A DNA stretch of 64,000 nt from Candidatus Coatesbacteria bacterium. Its GTDB lineage: Bacteria > RBG-13-66-14. Positions within the stretch are counted from its first letter, which is position 1, and each line of letters opens with the position of its first letter. Below the pieces are notes generated by a model. That model was not told the origin of the DNA. It saw nothing but the letters and a program-made list of their open reading frames with translations, and did no database searches. The stretch covers positions 591-64,590 of the forward strand of contig WJLX01000012.1 in the NCBI GenBank assembly GCA_014728225.1, given 5' to 3'. The translations under genes were made by a program, and so were the position numbers. Shown piece by piece: positions 48,509-58,379 of this stretch.

Positions 48509-49410
48509 GCCGACCCCTGCTGTTCACCGCCGGCGAGCTGATGCTGGAGACCCACCGGGAACACCCCGGCCATCGCTCCGTCGGCGGCGCCGCCGCCAAC
48601 GCCGCCCTGGCCTTCACCCTCACCGGGGGCCGCGCCGCGCTCGCCTGCCGCCTGGCCGAGGACGACGAGCTGCCCCGGTTGCGCGCCGCCCTCGAGCGCC
48701 GCTGCCTCTGGAGTCCCGCCGTGCGCCTCGGCGGACCCTTCAACGCCGTCTACGACATCGGCGGCCGCTGCCCCTACAGCCGCTTCGGCTACACCCGCGA
48801 CGGCAGCGCCGGCAGCCGCCTGACCGTCGACGACCTCGACGACGCCCTCCTCGCCGCCGCCGACGTCGTCCTGGTCTCCGGCGTCTTCAGCTCCCTCAAC
48901 GACGGCGGCCGCCGCGTCGGCCTGTACCTCGTCGAGCACGCCCGCCCCGGCGCCCTGCGGGCTTACGACGTCAACCGCCGCCCCGCCCTGGTCGACGACG
49001 TCCGCGCCCGGGAGCTTTACCGCCAACTGGCCCCGCGCCTCGACCTCGTCAAGGCCGACCTCGCCGAGGCCCGCCTGCTTTGGGGGCCCGGCGGACCCGA
49101 CGCCCTGCTCGCCCGGGCCGCCGAGCAGCACCACCACGTCCTGATCACCCTCGGAGCCGACGGCCTGCTGCTCCACAGCCACGGCGCGACGATCCGCCAA
49201 ACCGCCTTGCCCGCCGACGAGATCGACCCCACCGGCGCCGGCGACGCCGCCCTCGGCGCCGCCCTCCACGGTCTGGCCCGCGGCGACTCCCCCGACGCCG
49301 TCGCCCGCAGCGCCGCCGCCTGTGGCGCCCGCTGCGTCACCCGCCACGGCGCCTGGGGCTACGCCGACAATCACTCACCCCACTTACTCCAACAAAGAGA
49401 AGAAGAATGA
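48505..49410 (+). CDS. PfkB-family carbohydrate kinase (2-keto-3-deoxygluconate kinase-like)
   Basis: GTG start overlapping the upstream TGA. PfkB signature DPTGAGDA plus an N-terminal GG motif. Confidence 0.65.
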   Translation: MSRPLLFTAGELMLETHREHPGHRSVGGAAANAALAFTLTGGRAALACRLAEDDELPRLRAALERRCLWSPAVRLGGPFNAVYDIGGRCPYSRFGYTRDGSAGSRLTVDDLDDALLAAADVVLVSGVFSSLNDGGRRVGLYLVEHARPGALRAYDVNRRPALVDDVRARELYRQLAPRLDLVKADLAEARLLWGPGGPDALLARAAEQHHHVLITLGADGLLLHSHGATIRQTALPADEIDPTGAGDAALGAALHGLARGDSPDAVARSAAACGARCVTRHGAWGYADNHSPHLLQQREEE

Positions 49411-49880
49411 AAAGCCTGCTCATTGCTCTGCTGCTCATCGCCCTGCTGGCCCCCGCCGCCGCCCAGGTCCGCACCTTCGGCCTCGGCCTGATCGCCGGCG
49501 AACCCAGCGGCCTGTCCGCCAAACTCAACCTGTCCCAGACCAGCGCCCTGGCCTTTCATCTCGCCTGGAGCTTCAACGGCGGCATCGCCGCCGGGGCCGA
49601 CTACCTCTTCCATATGCCCTGGCTGCCCAGCCCCTGGCGCCCCTACCTCGGCGTCGGCGGCCGCTTCCACATCCGCGACCGCGACCACGCCGACAAACCC
49701 GACGAACTCGAAGACGACGAGACCGAATTCCACCTCGCCGGACGCGGCCTGATCGGCTGTGAATACCTCTTCCTCGACGGCCGCCTCGGCGTGGGCCTCG
49801 AAGCCGGACTGGGCCTCGACTTCATCCCCGGCGTCGATTTCGACGCCTCCGGCGGCCTGACCCTGCGCTACTATTTCTAG
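49407..49880 (+). CDS. small outer-membrane beta-barrel protein
   Basis: Start MKSLLIALLLIALLAPAAAQ after AAAGAGAAGAAG. Alternating amphipathic strands. C-terminal LTLRYYF, with an aromatic last residue. Confidence 0.55.
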   Translation: MKSLLIALLLIALLAPAAAQVRTFGLGLIAGEPSGLSAKLNLSQTSALAFHLAWSFNGGIAAGADYLFHMPWLPSPWRPYLGVGGRFHIRDRDHADKPDELEDDETEFHLAGRGLIGCEYLFLDGRLGVGLEAGLGLDFIPGVDFDASGGLTLRYYF

Positions 49881-50018
49881 CACGAGCACCCGACGACGAC
49901 AGCCCGGACCCCCTTCACAGCACCCCCTTATTCTTGACACACCCCGCGCCCCGGTGTTACTTTCATTGCGCTATCAACACCCACGGGGAGCTCCCCGCAA
50001 CCCCCGACAAAGACAACT

Positions 50019-50864
50019 TTGGTCCCCAGCTTAAAAAGGCTGCTGGCGGCTCTGCGCCGTCTGCCCGGCATCGGCGCCAAATCCGCCCAGCGCATCGGCT
50101 ACCACCTCCTGCGCGCCGACGACCAACAGAGCCTCGAACTCGCCCGCTCCATCGTCAACCTCACCCGCCGCGTCGGACTCTGCTCCATCTGCGGCAACAC
50201 CGCCGAGGTGGGCCGCAATCAAGAACGGGCCAAGTACGGGGGCCACGCCTTAGAAGACGGACGGACCACCCGCGAAGAACCCACCGACGAGCCGGGCCGC
50301 AATCAAGAACGGGCCAAGTACGGGGGCCACGACTTAGAAGGCGGACGGACCACCCGCGAAGAACCCGCCGGCGAGCCGGGCCGCAATCAGGGGGGGCCGC
50401 ATAATGGGGGCGGATCACCCGCAGAGGCGGATTACGAGACCCCCGACGGCGGCGCGACAAGCCTCGTCTGCGACATCTGCGCCGATCCCGAACGCGACCA
50501 CGGCCGCCTGCTGATCGTCGAGGAACCCTACAACGTCGAGGCCTTCGAGCGCACCGGCGTTTACGACGGCTACTATCACGTCCTGGGGGGCTTGTTCGAT
50601 CCCCTCGCCGGGATCGGCGCCGAGGAGCTGAGCCTCGACCACCTGGTCGTCCGCCTGCGCCGCGGCGCCTATCGCGAGGTCATTCTGGCCACCAGTCCGA
50701 CCTCGGCCGGTGAGGCCACCGCCTCTTATCTGCGGGAACTGCTCGAGCCTCTCGAACTCGAGGTCACCCGCATCGCCGTGGGCCTCTCCGCCGGCGCCGA
50801 CGTCGACTACGCCGACGAGGTCTCCCTGCGCCTGGCCCTCGAGGGACGCCGCCGCTTTAGCTGA
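50019..50864 (+). CDS. recR: recombination protein RecR carrying an ~85-aa low-complexity insertion inside the zinc finger
   Basis: MVPSLKRLLAALRRLPGIGAKSAQRIGYHLL (helix-hairpin-helix). CSICGN ...[insert]... CDICAD. Toprim/C-terminal RecR motifs are intact. Confidence 0.8.
   Translation: MVPSLKRLLAALRRLPGIGAKSAQRIGYHLLRADDQQSLELARSIVNLTRRVGLCSICGNTAEVGRNQERAKYGGHALEDGRTTREEPTDEPGRNQERAKYGGHDLEGGRTTREEPAGEPGRNQGGPHNGGGSPAEADYETPDGGATSLVCDICADPERDHGRLLIVEEPYNVEAFERTGVYDGYYHVLGGLFDPLAGIGAEELSLDHLVVRLRRGAYREVILATSPTSAGEATASYLRELLEPLELEVTRIAVGLSAGADVDYADEVSLRLALEGRRRFS
50211..50392 (+). repeat. in-frame 84-bp tandem repeat (~2.2 copies) inside recR
   Basis: GGCCGCAATCAAGAACGGGCCAAGTACGGGGGCCAC... 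repeated at 50211 and 50295, with a third partial start at 50379. Encodes GRNQERAKYGGH(A/D)LE(D/G)GRTTREEP(T/A)(D/G)EP. Confidence 0.8.
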
Positions 50865-51139
50865 GGCTGGCGGCCGACGCGGGCGACTGGTATACTGGAG
50901 CTGTTATCACGGTGGCGGCGGTATCCCGACCGCAGCCTCCTTCGACGCCGGACGGGCCGACGCCGGACGGGCGTTTATGCGGATGATGACCCGCCTCGAC
51001 CGGTAAACCAGCGTCAAACCTTATCTCAACCCGGCCTTTTCTTTACCACGTGACCCGGGAGCCCGGGAGAACGCAACCGCAGCAATCCAGCGGGCGGCGC
51101 AATCCCGGCCCCGCAAGCTCGCCGCGGAGTGGCTGAATC

Positions 51140-51637
51140 ATGGAACACGAACAAAGCGTTGAGCTTTTCGAGGAAGATTATCAAATCATCAACCGCGTGC
51201 TGTCCCGTCTGCTGACGGAGGCCAACGCCCGCATCGTCCTGCTGGTCGACCGCTCCGGGCAGTTGATCAGCTCCCACGGCGACACCTCCAATATGGACTC
51301 CACCGCCTTCGCCAGCCTGTCGGCGGGCAACTTCGCCGCCACCAGCGCCCTGGCGAAGATCCTCGGCCAGGACGAGTTCTCCGTGCTCTTCCACCAGGGA
51401 GAGAAGGAGTCCATCCATATCTCCATCGTCCAGAGTCGGGTCATCCTGGTCATCGTTTTCGACAACCGCACCAGCCTCGGTCTGGTACGGCTGCGGGTCA
51501 AGAAGGCCCTCGAAGAGCTGTCCACCGTCTTCGAGAACATCTTCGCCAAGCTGGGCGCCTCCAGCCAGAGCCGCAGCCTGGACTCCTCCTTCGCCTCGGT
51601 CGCCGAGAGCGAGATCGATAATCTCTTCAAGGACTAA
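51140..51637 (+). CDS. mglB: Roadblock/LC7-domain protein (MglB-like GTPase-activating protein)
   Basis: Roadblock fold hallmarks: VLLVDRSGQLISSHGD...AALSAGNFAA. Located immediately upstream of mglA. Confidence 0.7.
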   Translation: MEHEQSVELFEEDYQIINRVLSRLLTEANARIVLLVDRSGQLISSHGDTSNMDSTAFASLSAGNFAATSALAKILGQDEFSVLFHQGEKESIHISIVQSRVILVIVFDNRTSLGLVRLRVKKALEELSTVFENIFAKLGASSQSRSLDSSFASVAESEIDNLFKD

Positions 51638-51705
51638 CCAGCGGGCGGCGCGTCCGGCTCCAAGCGAACGCCGCCGCTTCTTAAAAGCACGGGGGATGGC
51701 TCTCG

Positions 51706-52299
51706 ATGTCGCTGATCAACTACGCCAATAAGGAGATCAACTGTAAGATCGTCTATTACGGTTGCGGCCTGTGCGGCAAGACGACCAACCTGCTCTACAT
51801 CCACAAGAAGATCGCCGCCGAGTACCGCGGCAAGCTGGTCAGTCTGGCCACCGAAACCGACCGCACCCTGTTCTTCGATTTCCTGCCCCTCGATCTGGGC
51901 AGCATCCAGGGCTTCACCACCCGCTTCCACCTCTACACCGTCCCCGGCCAGGTCCACTACGACGCCTCGCGCAAGCTGATCCTCAAGGGCGTCGACGGCC
52001 TGGTCTTCGTCGTCGACTCCCAGGTCGAACGCATCGAGGACAATATCGAGAGCCTGGAGAACCTCAAGGTCAATCTGCGCAGCCAGGGCTACGAACTCGA
52101 TGACCTGCCCATGGTCGTGCAGTACAACAAGCGCGACCTGCCAAACGTCGTCCCCGTCGAGGAGCTGGAGCGCCAGATCAACCACCGCAACGACCCCAGT
52201 TTCGAATCCATCGCCACCGAGGGCGTCGGCGTCTTCGACACCCTGCGCGCGATCAGCAAGCTCATCCTGGCCAGCATCAGCCAGAAGCAATCCGTCTAG
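51706..52299 (+). CDS. mglA: Ras-like small GTPase MglA
   Basis: MSLINYANKEINCKIVYYGCGLCGKTTNLLYI...TETDRTLFFDFLPLDLG...FHLYTVPGQVHYDASRKLILKGVDGLVFVVDSQ...QYNKRDLPN. Near-identical motif-for-motif to the Myxococcus MglA sequence as I remember it. Confidence 0.9.
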   Translation: MSLINYANKEINCKIVYYGCGLCGKTTNLLYIHKKIAAEYRGKLVSLATETDRTLFFDFLPLDLGSIQGFTTRFHLYTVPGQVHYDASRKLILKGVDGLVFVVDSQVERIEDNIESLENLKVNLRSQGYELDDLPMVVQYNKRDLPNVVPVEELERQINHRNDPSFESIATEGVGVFDTLRAISKLILASISQKQSV

Positions 52300-52506
52300 T
52301 CTTTTCATCCAGGCGACTCCGGCGACGTCCGTCGGGGAGGTAACCCGTTCCCGATGCTGGAAGAGGCACCACCCGTCCTGCGCTGAAACACTGGGGTGGA
52401 TGGCCGCCCTTCCGGCCTCTTTACGCCGGACAACCGACGACCGTCAGCGTCCGTTACGCGCCGCCGAGCAACCCCAAACCCGACCGGAAGCCAACCACCG
52501 CCGACC

Positions 52507-53127
52507 ATGCCCTTCGATGGAGACTTAAAGGATTTCGCCCTGCCCGACATCCTGCAGATGCTGCAGATGGGTAAGCGCACCGGCGCCCTGTCGATCCGGC
52601 GCGGTGAGGATATCGGCACCCTCTACTTCCGCAAGGGCGAACTCGTCCACGCCACCTTCGCCAACATGACCGGCGAGGATGCCGCCTACGCGCTGTTGAA
52701 ATGGAAGAACGGCCGCTTCCGCTTCGACACCACCATCTATCCCACCCGGCGGACCATCGACATCTCCGCCACCAATCTGATTCTGGAATCGGCGCGGCGC
52801 TCCGATGAGCTGCGCGACCTGCAGACCGAGCTGCCGCCGCCGGACACCGTGCTGACCTTCGCCAAGGTCGAGGGCGCCCACGACGATATTCACCTCTCGC
52901 CCCAGCAGTGGAAGGTCCTGGCCCTGATCGACGGCGCGCGCACCATTACCGAGATCTGCGCCGTCTCGGACCAGGATGAGGTCACCGTGCTGCAGACCCT
53001 CGAGGAGATGATCAATATCGGCCTGGTCAGGCGGGTCGGGGATAACGCGGCGGGCGAGGAGGAGATCGACCTCGACGAGGAAATCGGCGCCCCCGACGAT
53101 GACTGGGACCGTCCGCCGGGCTCCTGA
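52507..53127 (+). CDS. DUF4388-domain protein downstream of mglA
   Basis: MPFDGDLKDFALPDILQMLQMGKRTGALSIRRGEDIGTLYFRKGELVHA matches the DUF4388 N-terminal signature. Acidic C-terminus. Confidence 0.55.
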   Translation: MPFDGDLKDFALPDILQMLQMGKRTGALSIRRGEDIGTLYFRKGELVHATFANMTGEDAAYALLKWKNGRFRFDTTIYPTRRTIDISATNLILESARRSDELRDLQTELPPPDTVLTFAKVEGAHDDIHLSPQQWKVLALIDGARTITEICAVSDQDEVTVLQTLEEMINIGLVRRVGDNAAGEEEIDLDEEIGAPDDDWDRPPGS

Positions 53128-53203
53128 GCCGGCACCGCCGTCCCGTTCCCCCCGCCGCCCCGCCCTTCGACCCATTTCCAGCCACCCGTCGAGTCCGCCC
53201 CGT

Positions 53204-55387
53204 ATGAAAAACCTCTTGGCAGTGCTGAATCCGGCGCAGCAGAAGGCGGTGACCCACCGCGGGGCGCCCCTGCTGGTTCTCGCCGGCGCCGGTACGGGCA
53301 AGACGCGCACCGTCACCGTGCGCATCGCCCATCTGCTCGAAGAGGACGGCGTCCAGCCCGACGAGATCCTGGCCATCACCTTCACCAACAAGGCCGCCGG
53401 GGAGATGCGTGAACGGGTCAACTCCCTGCTGGGGGCCGAGGAGACCCGGGGCACCGCCGAGCGCATCTGGATCCACACCTTCCACGCCTTTTGCGCCCGG
53501 GTCCTGCGCCGCGACATCCACCACCTGCCCGACCGCGAGCGCGAATTCGTCATCGCCACCCAGGCCGACCAGCGCTCGATCATCAAGCGCCTGATCGGCC
53601 CGGAGCGCAGCGGCGACGTCAAGCCCAACGAGGTCGTCAGCGTCATCTCCCGGGCCAAGAACAACCTCGTCCAGGCCGGCTCCTTCCCCGCCTCCACGGC
53701 GCGGGAGAAGCGTATCAAGGAGCTGTTCCTGGAGTACGAGAGCCAGCTCCGCGACACCAACGCCCTGGACTACGCCGACCTGATCCTGCTGACCGTCACC
53801 CTGTTCCACGAGTACCCGGACGTGCTGGCCCGTTACCGCCGCCGCTTCCGCCATATCCTCGTCGACGAGTACCAGGACACCAACACCGCCCAGCACGATC
53901 TGATCCGCCTGCTGGCCGGCGCGGGCGAGAACCTCTGCGTCGTCGGCGACCCCGACCAGAGCATCTACCGCTGGCGCGGCGCCGAGCCCGAGAACATCGC
54001 CCGCTTCCCCGAAGAGTTCCCCGGCGCCCGGATCATCAAGCTACTGGAGAACTACCGCTCGACGCGCAACATCCTCAAGGTCGCCAACGCCCTGATCGCC
54101 AACAACCCGCTGACCTTGGGCGAGGACAAGGAGCTGTGGACCAAGGGCGAGGAGGGCAAGCGGGTCATCGTCTACGCCGGGCCCGACGAGTACGACGAGA
54201 GCGGCTGGATCGCCACCCAGATCTTCAACGCCGTCCACAACCGGGACGAAGGCGGCTACGACGACTATGCCGTGCTCTACCGCACCAACGCCCAGAGCCG
54301 GGTCCTCGAGGACGCCCTGCGCAAGCGCTCGATCCCCTACAACATCATCGCCGACGTCCGTTTCTACGACCGGCGCGAGATCCGCGATCTGCTGGCCTAC
54401 CTGCGCCTGCTGGTCAACCCCAACGACCTGCTGTCCTTCCGCCGCATCGTCAACGTCCCCAGCCGCGGCGTGGGCAAGATCTCGGTCAACACGATGATGG
54501 AGGAGGTCGAGAAGGACCGCAGCCACCTGCCCGACGTCATCCGCCGCTGCATCGACGAGGAGCTGATCCCGCCCCGGGCCCGACGGGCCGTCGACAACCT
54601 GATGGAGCTTCTCGACGAACTGACCACCCGGCGGGCGCCCGTGGACGAACTCCTCGAGGAGCTGCTCGAGCGCATCGACTACACCGCCTGGCTGCAGAAG
54701 TCCAACGACGCCGTCAGCCGCCTGGAGAACGTCGAGCAGTTCCTGGAGACCGCCCGCGACTTCACCGCGGCCAACCCCGAGGGCAGCCTGGAGGACTTCC
54801 TCGAGGAGGTCTCTCTGACGGCGCCGATCGACAACTTCGACGAGCACGCCGGCTCGGTCTCCCTGCTGACCCTCCACGCCGCCAAGGGGCTGGAGTTCCC
54901 CGTCGTCTTCATCAGCGGCCTGGAGGAGGGGCTGATCCCCCTGGTGCGCCGGAGCTCCCGCGAGGCCGAGGCCGAGTTGCAGGAGGAGCGCCGCCTGCTC
55001 TACGTGGGCATCACCCGCGGCCAGTACCGCGTCTACCTGACCCGGGCCCTGCGGCGCAACCTCCAGGGGCGCAAGGTCTACAACCAGCCCAGCCGGTTTT
55101 TGAAGGAGCTGCCGCCGGACCTGCTCGACGACCGCTCCATCCGCGAACTCAACGTGCTGTCGACCACCGAGGACCTGCGGGCCGTCGAACAGAAGAAACA
55201 GCGCGTCAAGAAGGCCCAGAAGGGCGTCGTCTTTTCGACGGGGGATCGGGTGTGGCACGACAAGTGGGGCCGGGGGATCATCCTCTCCCGGGCCGGCGAC
55301 GGTCCCAACCTCAAGCTGACCGTCAAGTTCGCCCGTCACGGGATCAAGAAGCTGGTGGCCAAATACGCCAACCTGCAAAAGATGTAA
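53204..55387 (+). CDS. uvrD: UvrD/PcrA-family ATP-dependent DNA helicase
   Basis: Helicase motifs: GAGTGKTRT; TFTNKAAGEMRER; VDEYQDTN; LENYRST; TLHAAKGLEF. C-terminal Tudor-like tail. Confidence 0.85.
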   Translation: MKNLLAVLNPAQQKAVTHRGAPLLVLAGAGTGKTRTVTVRIAHLLEEDGVQPDEILAITFTNKAAGEMRERVNSLLGAEETRGTAERIWIHTFHAFCARVLRRDIHHLPDREREFVIATQADQRSIIKRLIGPERSGDVKPNEVVSVISRAKNNLVQAGSFPASTAREKRIKELFLEYESQLRDTNALDYADLILLTVTLFHEYPDVLARYRRRFRHILVDEYQDTNTAQHDLIRLLAGAGENLCVVGDPDQSIYRWRGAEPENIARFPEEFPGARIIKLLENYRSTRNILKVANALIANNPLTLGEDKELWTKGEEGKRVIVYAGPDEYDESGWIATQIFNAVHNRDEGGYDDYAVLYRTNAQSRVLEDALRKRSIPYNIIADVRFYDRREIRDLLAYLRLLVNPNDLLSFRRIVNVPSRGVGKISVNTMMEEVEKDRSHLPDVIRRCIDEELIPPRARRAVDNLMELLDELTTRRAPVDELLEELLERIDYTAWLQKSNDAVSRLENVEQFLETARDFTAANPEGSLEDFLEEVSLTAPIDNFDEHAGSVSLLTLHAAKGLEFPVVFISGLEEGLIPLVRRSSREAEAELQEERRLLYVGITRGQYRVYLTRALRRNLQGRKVYNQPSRFLKELPPDLLDDRSIRELNVLSTTEDLRAVEQKKQRVKKAQKGVVFSTGDRVWHDKWGRGIILSRAGDGPNLKLTVKFARHGIKKLVAKYANLQKM

Positions 55388-55392
55388 GCGGG

Positions 55393-56481
55393 GTGGGAGC
55401 AGTGACAGTCAAACAGATCGCCCTGGAGGACATCGAGCGCGGGATCCGCGCCGTCCTGACCGAGAAGGGGCGCGACAAGGAAGAGCTCATCCAGGGCTTC
55501 CTCGACATCCTCGGCCGGGGGATGGGGGTCAGCCGCGCCTGCTACAACGAGAAGCAGGGCCAGAGCTTCATCACCGCCCTGGAGTGGTGCAACGACGGCA
55601 TCAAGCCCTCCCTGGGCCAGAAGCTGCCCGACCGCTTCATGCGCGCCCTGGTCACCGGCGACATCCACTACTTCACCCGGGAGACCGCCGCCGGGTTGCT
55701 GCCCAAGGAGCTGAAGTTCATCGCCGGCACCGTGCTGTCGATCCTGGAGTTCCTGCAGAACATCACCGCCATCATCGCCGGGCCGATCTACATCGACGGC
55801 CAGATGACCTCCGTGGTCTCCCTGGATATCTGCCGGGAGCATCGGGAGCGCAAGGACTGGAACCGGGAGCAGCTCGACTTCACCGCCAAGATGATCCGCC
55901 TGCTGGGCGACGAGCTGCGCCGCCGTCACTGGTCGGCCCCGATCAAAGCCGAGCCCAAGTCCGCCCTGTTGGTTCTCGATCTGGTCCAATCGACCAACCT
56001 GGTCCTCGACTACGGCGACGACATCTACATCGACCAGATCGATCTGTTTCACAAGGCGTTCATGGAGCACCCCTCCTCCCGGGAGCTGATCTTCATCAAG
56101 AACACCGGCGACGGCTTCCTGGTCGTCTACCGCAACGCCCGGGACTGCTTCACCGTGGCCTGGGACTTCCTGCTCGACAACCCCCTGCAGGACAGCCGGC
56201 TGCGGATCGGCATCCACTGGGGTTCCATCAAGAGCGGCGTCGGCGGCGACCCCCTGGGCGTCGAGGTGCACCGCGTCTTCCGTATCGAAGGTGTCAGCAC
56301 CCGGGACCGCGTCTTCGCCACGGGCTTCCGCAAACTGCCGCCCCACGGGCGGATCATGGCCACCCAGGAGATCCTCAACCTGCTGACCAAGGAGCAGCGG
56401 CGCTACTTCCACCGCGCCGGTCGCTTCCGTCTGCGCGGTTTCGCCGAGCCCTGCCCCCTCTGGGTGGCCAGCCGCGATTGA
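55393..56481 (+). CDS. GAF-domain-containing class III adenylate/guanylate cyclase
   Basis: GTG start (55393 or 55402). N-terminal GAF-like ~180 aa. C-terminal cyclase domain: ALLVLDLVQST...GDGFLVVY...RLRIGIHWGS...GDPLGVEVHRVFRIEG. Confidence 0.65.
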   Translation: MGAVTVKQIALEDIERGIRAVLTEKGRDKEELIQGFLDILGRGMGVSRACYNEKQGQSFITALEWCNDGIKPSLGQKLPDRFMRALVTGDIHYFTRETAAGLLPKELKFIAGTVLSILEFLQNITAIIAGPIYIDGQMTSVVSLDICREHRERKDWNREQLDFTAKMIRLLGDELRRRHWSAPIKAEPKSALLVLDLVQSTNLVLDYGDDIYIDQIDLFHKAFMEHPSSRELIFIKNTGDGFLVVYRNARDCFTVAWDFLLDNPLQDSRLRIGIHWGSIKSGVGGDPLGVEVHRVFRIEGVSTRDRVFATGFRKLPPHGRIMATQEILNLLTKEQRRYFHRAGRFRLRGFAEPCPLWVASRD

Positions 56482-56665
56482 GGCCGCTTTTCCGCCGTTG
56501 CGCTGCGCAGAAGCGGGGGGACTTTTTTTACCCCGGCTGGACGGATTAGTCGGCGGCGGCTGGGCTTGCGGGGGTGGTTATGCGCCCCGGCGTCGCGCGA
56601 CGACAGCTTGATAAACAAGGCCCCCGCGGGGGCGTGACCTTTAACCGGCAAAACCATGGAGGAGC

Positions 56666-58156
56666 ATGCTGCGCTACGAGTTCGACCACGACACACCGGC
56701 CGAGGAGATCAAGAGGCAACTCATCGACGAGGGCGTCAGCACCATCGACCTCAAGTACATCGACCTGCCCGGCCGCTGGCACCACCTGACCCTGCCCGTG
56801 GAGGGCCTGAACGAGAAGATCTTCACCAAGGGCGTCGGCTTCGACGGATCCTCGATCCCCGGCTTCCAGCGCGACGTCACCGGCGGCGACATGGTCATGC
56901 TGCCCGACAAGACCACGGCGATGGAGGACGTCTTCTGGGAGGAGCGCTGCGTCAGCTTCATCTGCGACTGCGCCGACGCCGCCACCGGCGAGCCCTTCAC
57001 CGGCGACCCCCGCGGCGTGGCCAAGCGCGCCGTCGCCTACGCCAAGCAGTTCTTCGCCGCCAATGAGACGGCCAAGACCGCCGGAGCCGCCGACGGCCTG
57101 TTCAGCCCCGAGTTCGAGTTCTTCGTCTTCGACGACGTGGTCATCACCAAGCGCGACCAGGCTCTGGGCTACCGCCTGGATTGCGAGGAGGCCGACTGGA
57201 ACTTCGACGAGAACGAGTTCGGCAACAGCGGCTTCCAGCTCCGCCACCAGGCCGGTTACCACGCCGTCAACCCGGCGGACAAGACCTACGACCTGCGCAA
57301 CGAGATCGTCCGTTTGCTCATCGAGATGGGCATCCCGGTCAAGTACCACCATCACGAGGTCGGCGGACCGGGACAGTGCGAGATCGAGCTGCTGTTCGAA
57401 CGCCTGGTCACCGCCGCCGACAACGGCATGTGGACCAAGTACATCATCCACAACCTGGCCTACCAGTACGGCCGGTCGGCCACCTTCATGCCCAAGCCGA
57501 TCTACGGCGTGGCCGGCAACGGTATGCACGTCCACCAGTATCTGATCAAGGACGACGGCCACAGCGCCTTCGCCGGTGAGGACGAGACCGGCTTCAACGC
57601 CCTGGCCCGGGCCTACACCGCCGGCATCCTCAAGCACGGTCGCAGCCTGGCCGCCGTCACCAACGCCAGCACCAACTCCTACAAGCGGCTGGTCGAGGGC
57701 TACGAGGCCCCGGTCTGGCTGTTCTACGGCATGGCCAACCGCGAGGCCGCCTGCCGCGTCCCGGCCTACGCCGCCCCGGCCAAGCGCCGCGTCGAGTTCC
57801 GCTCCGGCGACGCCACCGCCAACCTGTACCTGATGCTGGCGGCGATGCTGATGGCCGGGATCGACGGCATCGAGCGCGGGCTGGACCCCTCCGCCGAGGG
57901 CTTCGGTCCCTACGGCGCCGAGGGCACCACCCGGATGGCCGAGCTGACCGGGCAGGAGCGCAAGGACCACGTCATGCCCCGCGACTTCACCCAGGCGTTG
58001 CACGCCCTGGAGCGCGACCACGATTACCTGATGCGGGGCGGGGTCTTCGACGAGCCGCTGATCGAGGCCTACCTGCGCTACAAGTACGACCACGAGCTGG
58101 CCAAAATCCTCAACCGCCCCCACCCCTACGAGCTGTTCCTGTACTACGATCTCTAG
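56666..58156 (+). CDS. glnA: glutamine synthetase
   Basis: GS beta-grasp and catalytic motifs: FDGSSIPGF; KPIYGVAGNGMHVHQ; NSYKRLV. Confidence 0.9.
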   Translation: MLRYEFDHDTPAEEIKRQLIDEGVSTIDLKYIDLPGRWHHLTLPVEGLNEKIFTKGVGFDGSSIPGFQRDVTGGDMVMLPDKTTAMEDVFWEERCVSFICDCADAATGEPFTGDPRGVAKRAVAYAKQFFAANETAKTAGAADGLFSPEFEFFVFDDVVITKRDQALGYRLDCEEADWNFDENEFGNSGFQLRHQAGYHAVNPADKTYDLRNEIVRLLIEMGIPVKYHHHEVGGPGQCEIELLFERLVTAADNGMWTKYIIHNLAYQYGRSATFMPKPIYGVAGNGMHVHQYLIKDDGHSAFAGEDETGFNALARAYTAGILKHGRSLAAVTNASTNSYKRLVEGYEAPVWLFYGMANREAACRVPAYAAPAKRRVEFRSGDATANLYLMLAAMLMAGIDGIERGLDPSAEGFGPYGAEGTTRMAELTGQERKDHVMPRDFTQALHALERDHDYLMRGGVFDEPLIEAYLRYKYDHELAKILNRPHPYELFLYYDL

Positions 58157-58379
58157 GCCGGGGGCCCGCCCGCGGGCGGGATGGAGAACCGGGACGCACG
58201 AAGACCCCGGGTCGGGGCGCCAGCTCCGACCCGGGGTTCACTTGTCGGCCGCGCTGTGCCGGCGAGGTCAACGCAAGAGCGGCCCCGCCGGGCCGCTCGT
58301 CACGGATCTCGAGGCACTTCTGTCAAACCTGCGCAATCAAGCCCGCAAGGGGTGTTATGTCATAGCCCGCACTCCCCGG

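Noticed and set aside
56483-56530. Possible intrinsic terminator after the GAF-cyclase gene (CCGCTTTTC ... GAAGCGG followed by GGGGAC-TTTTTTT)
   Set aside because: The stem is short and interrupted. Six nucleotides separate it from the T-run. It is too weak to call with confidence.
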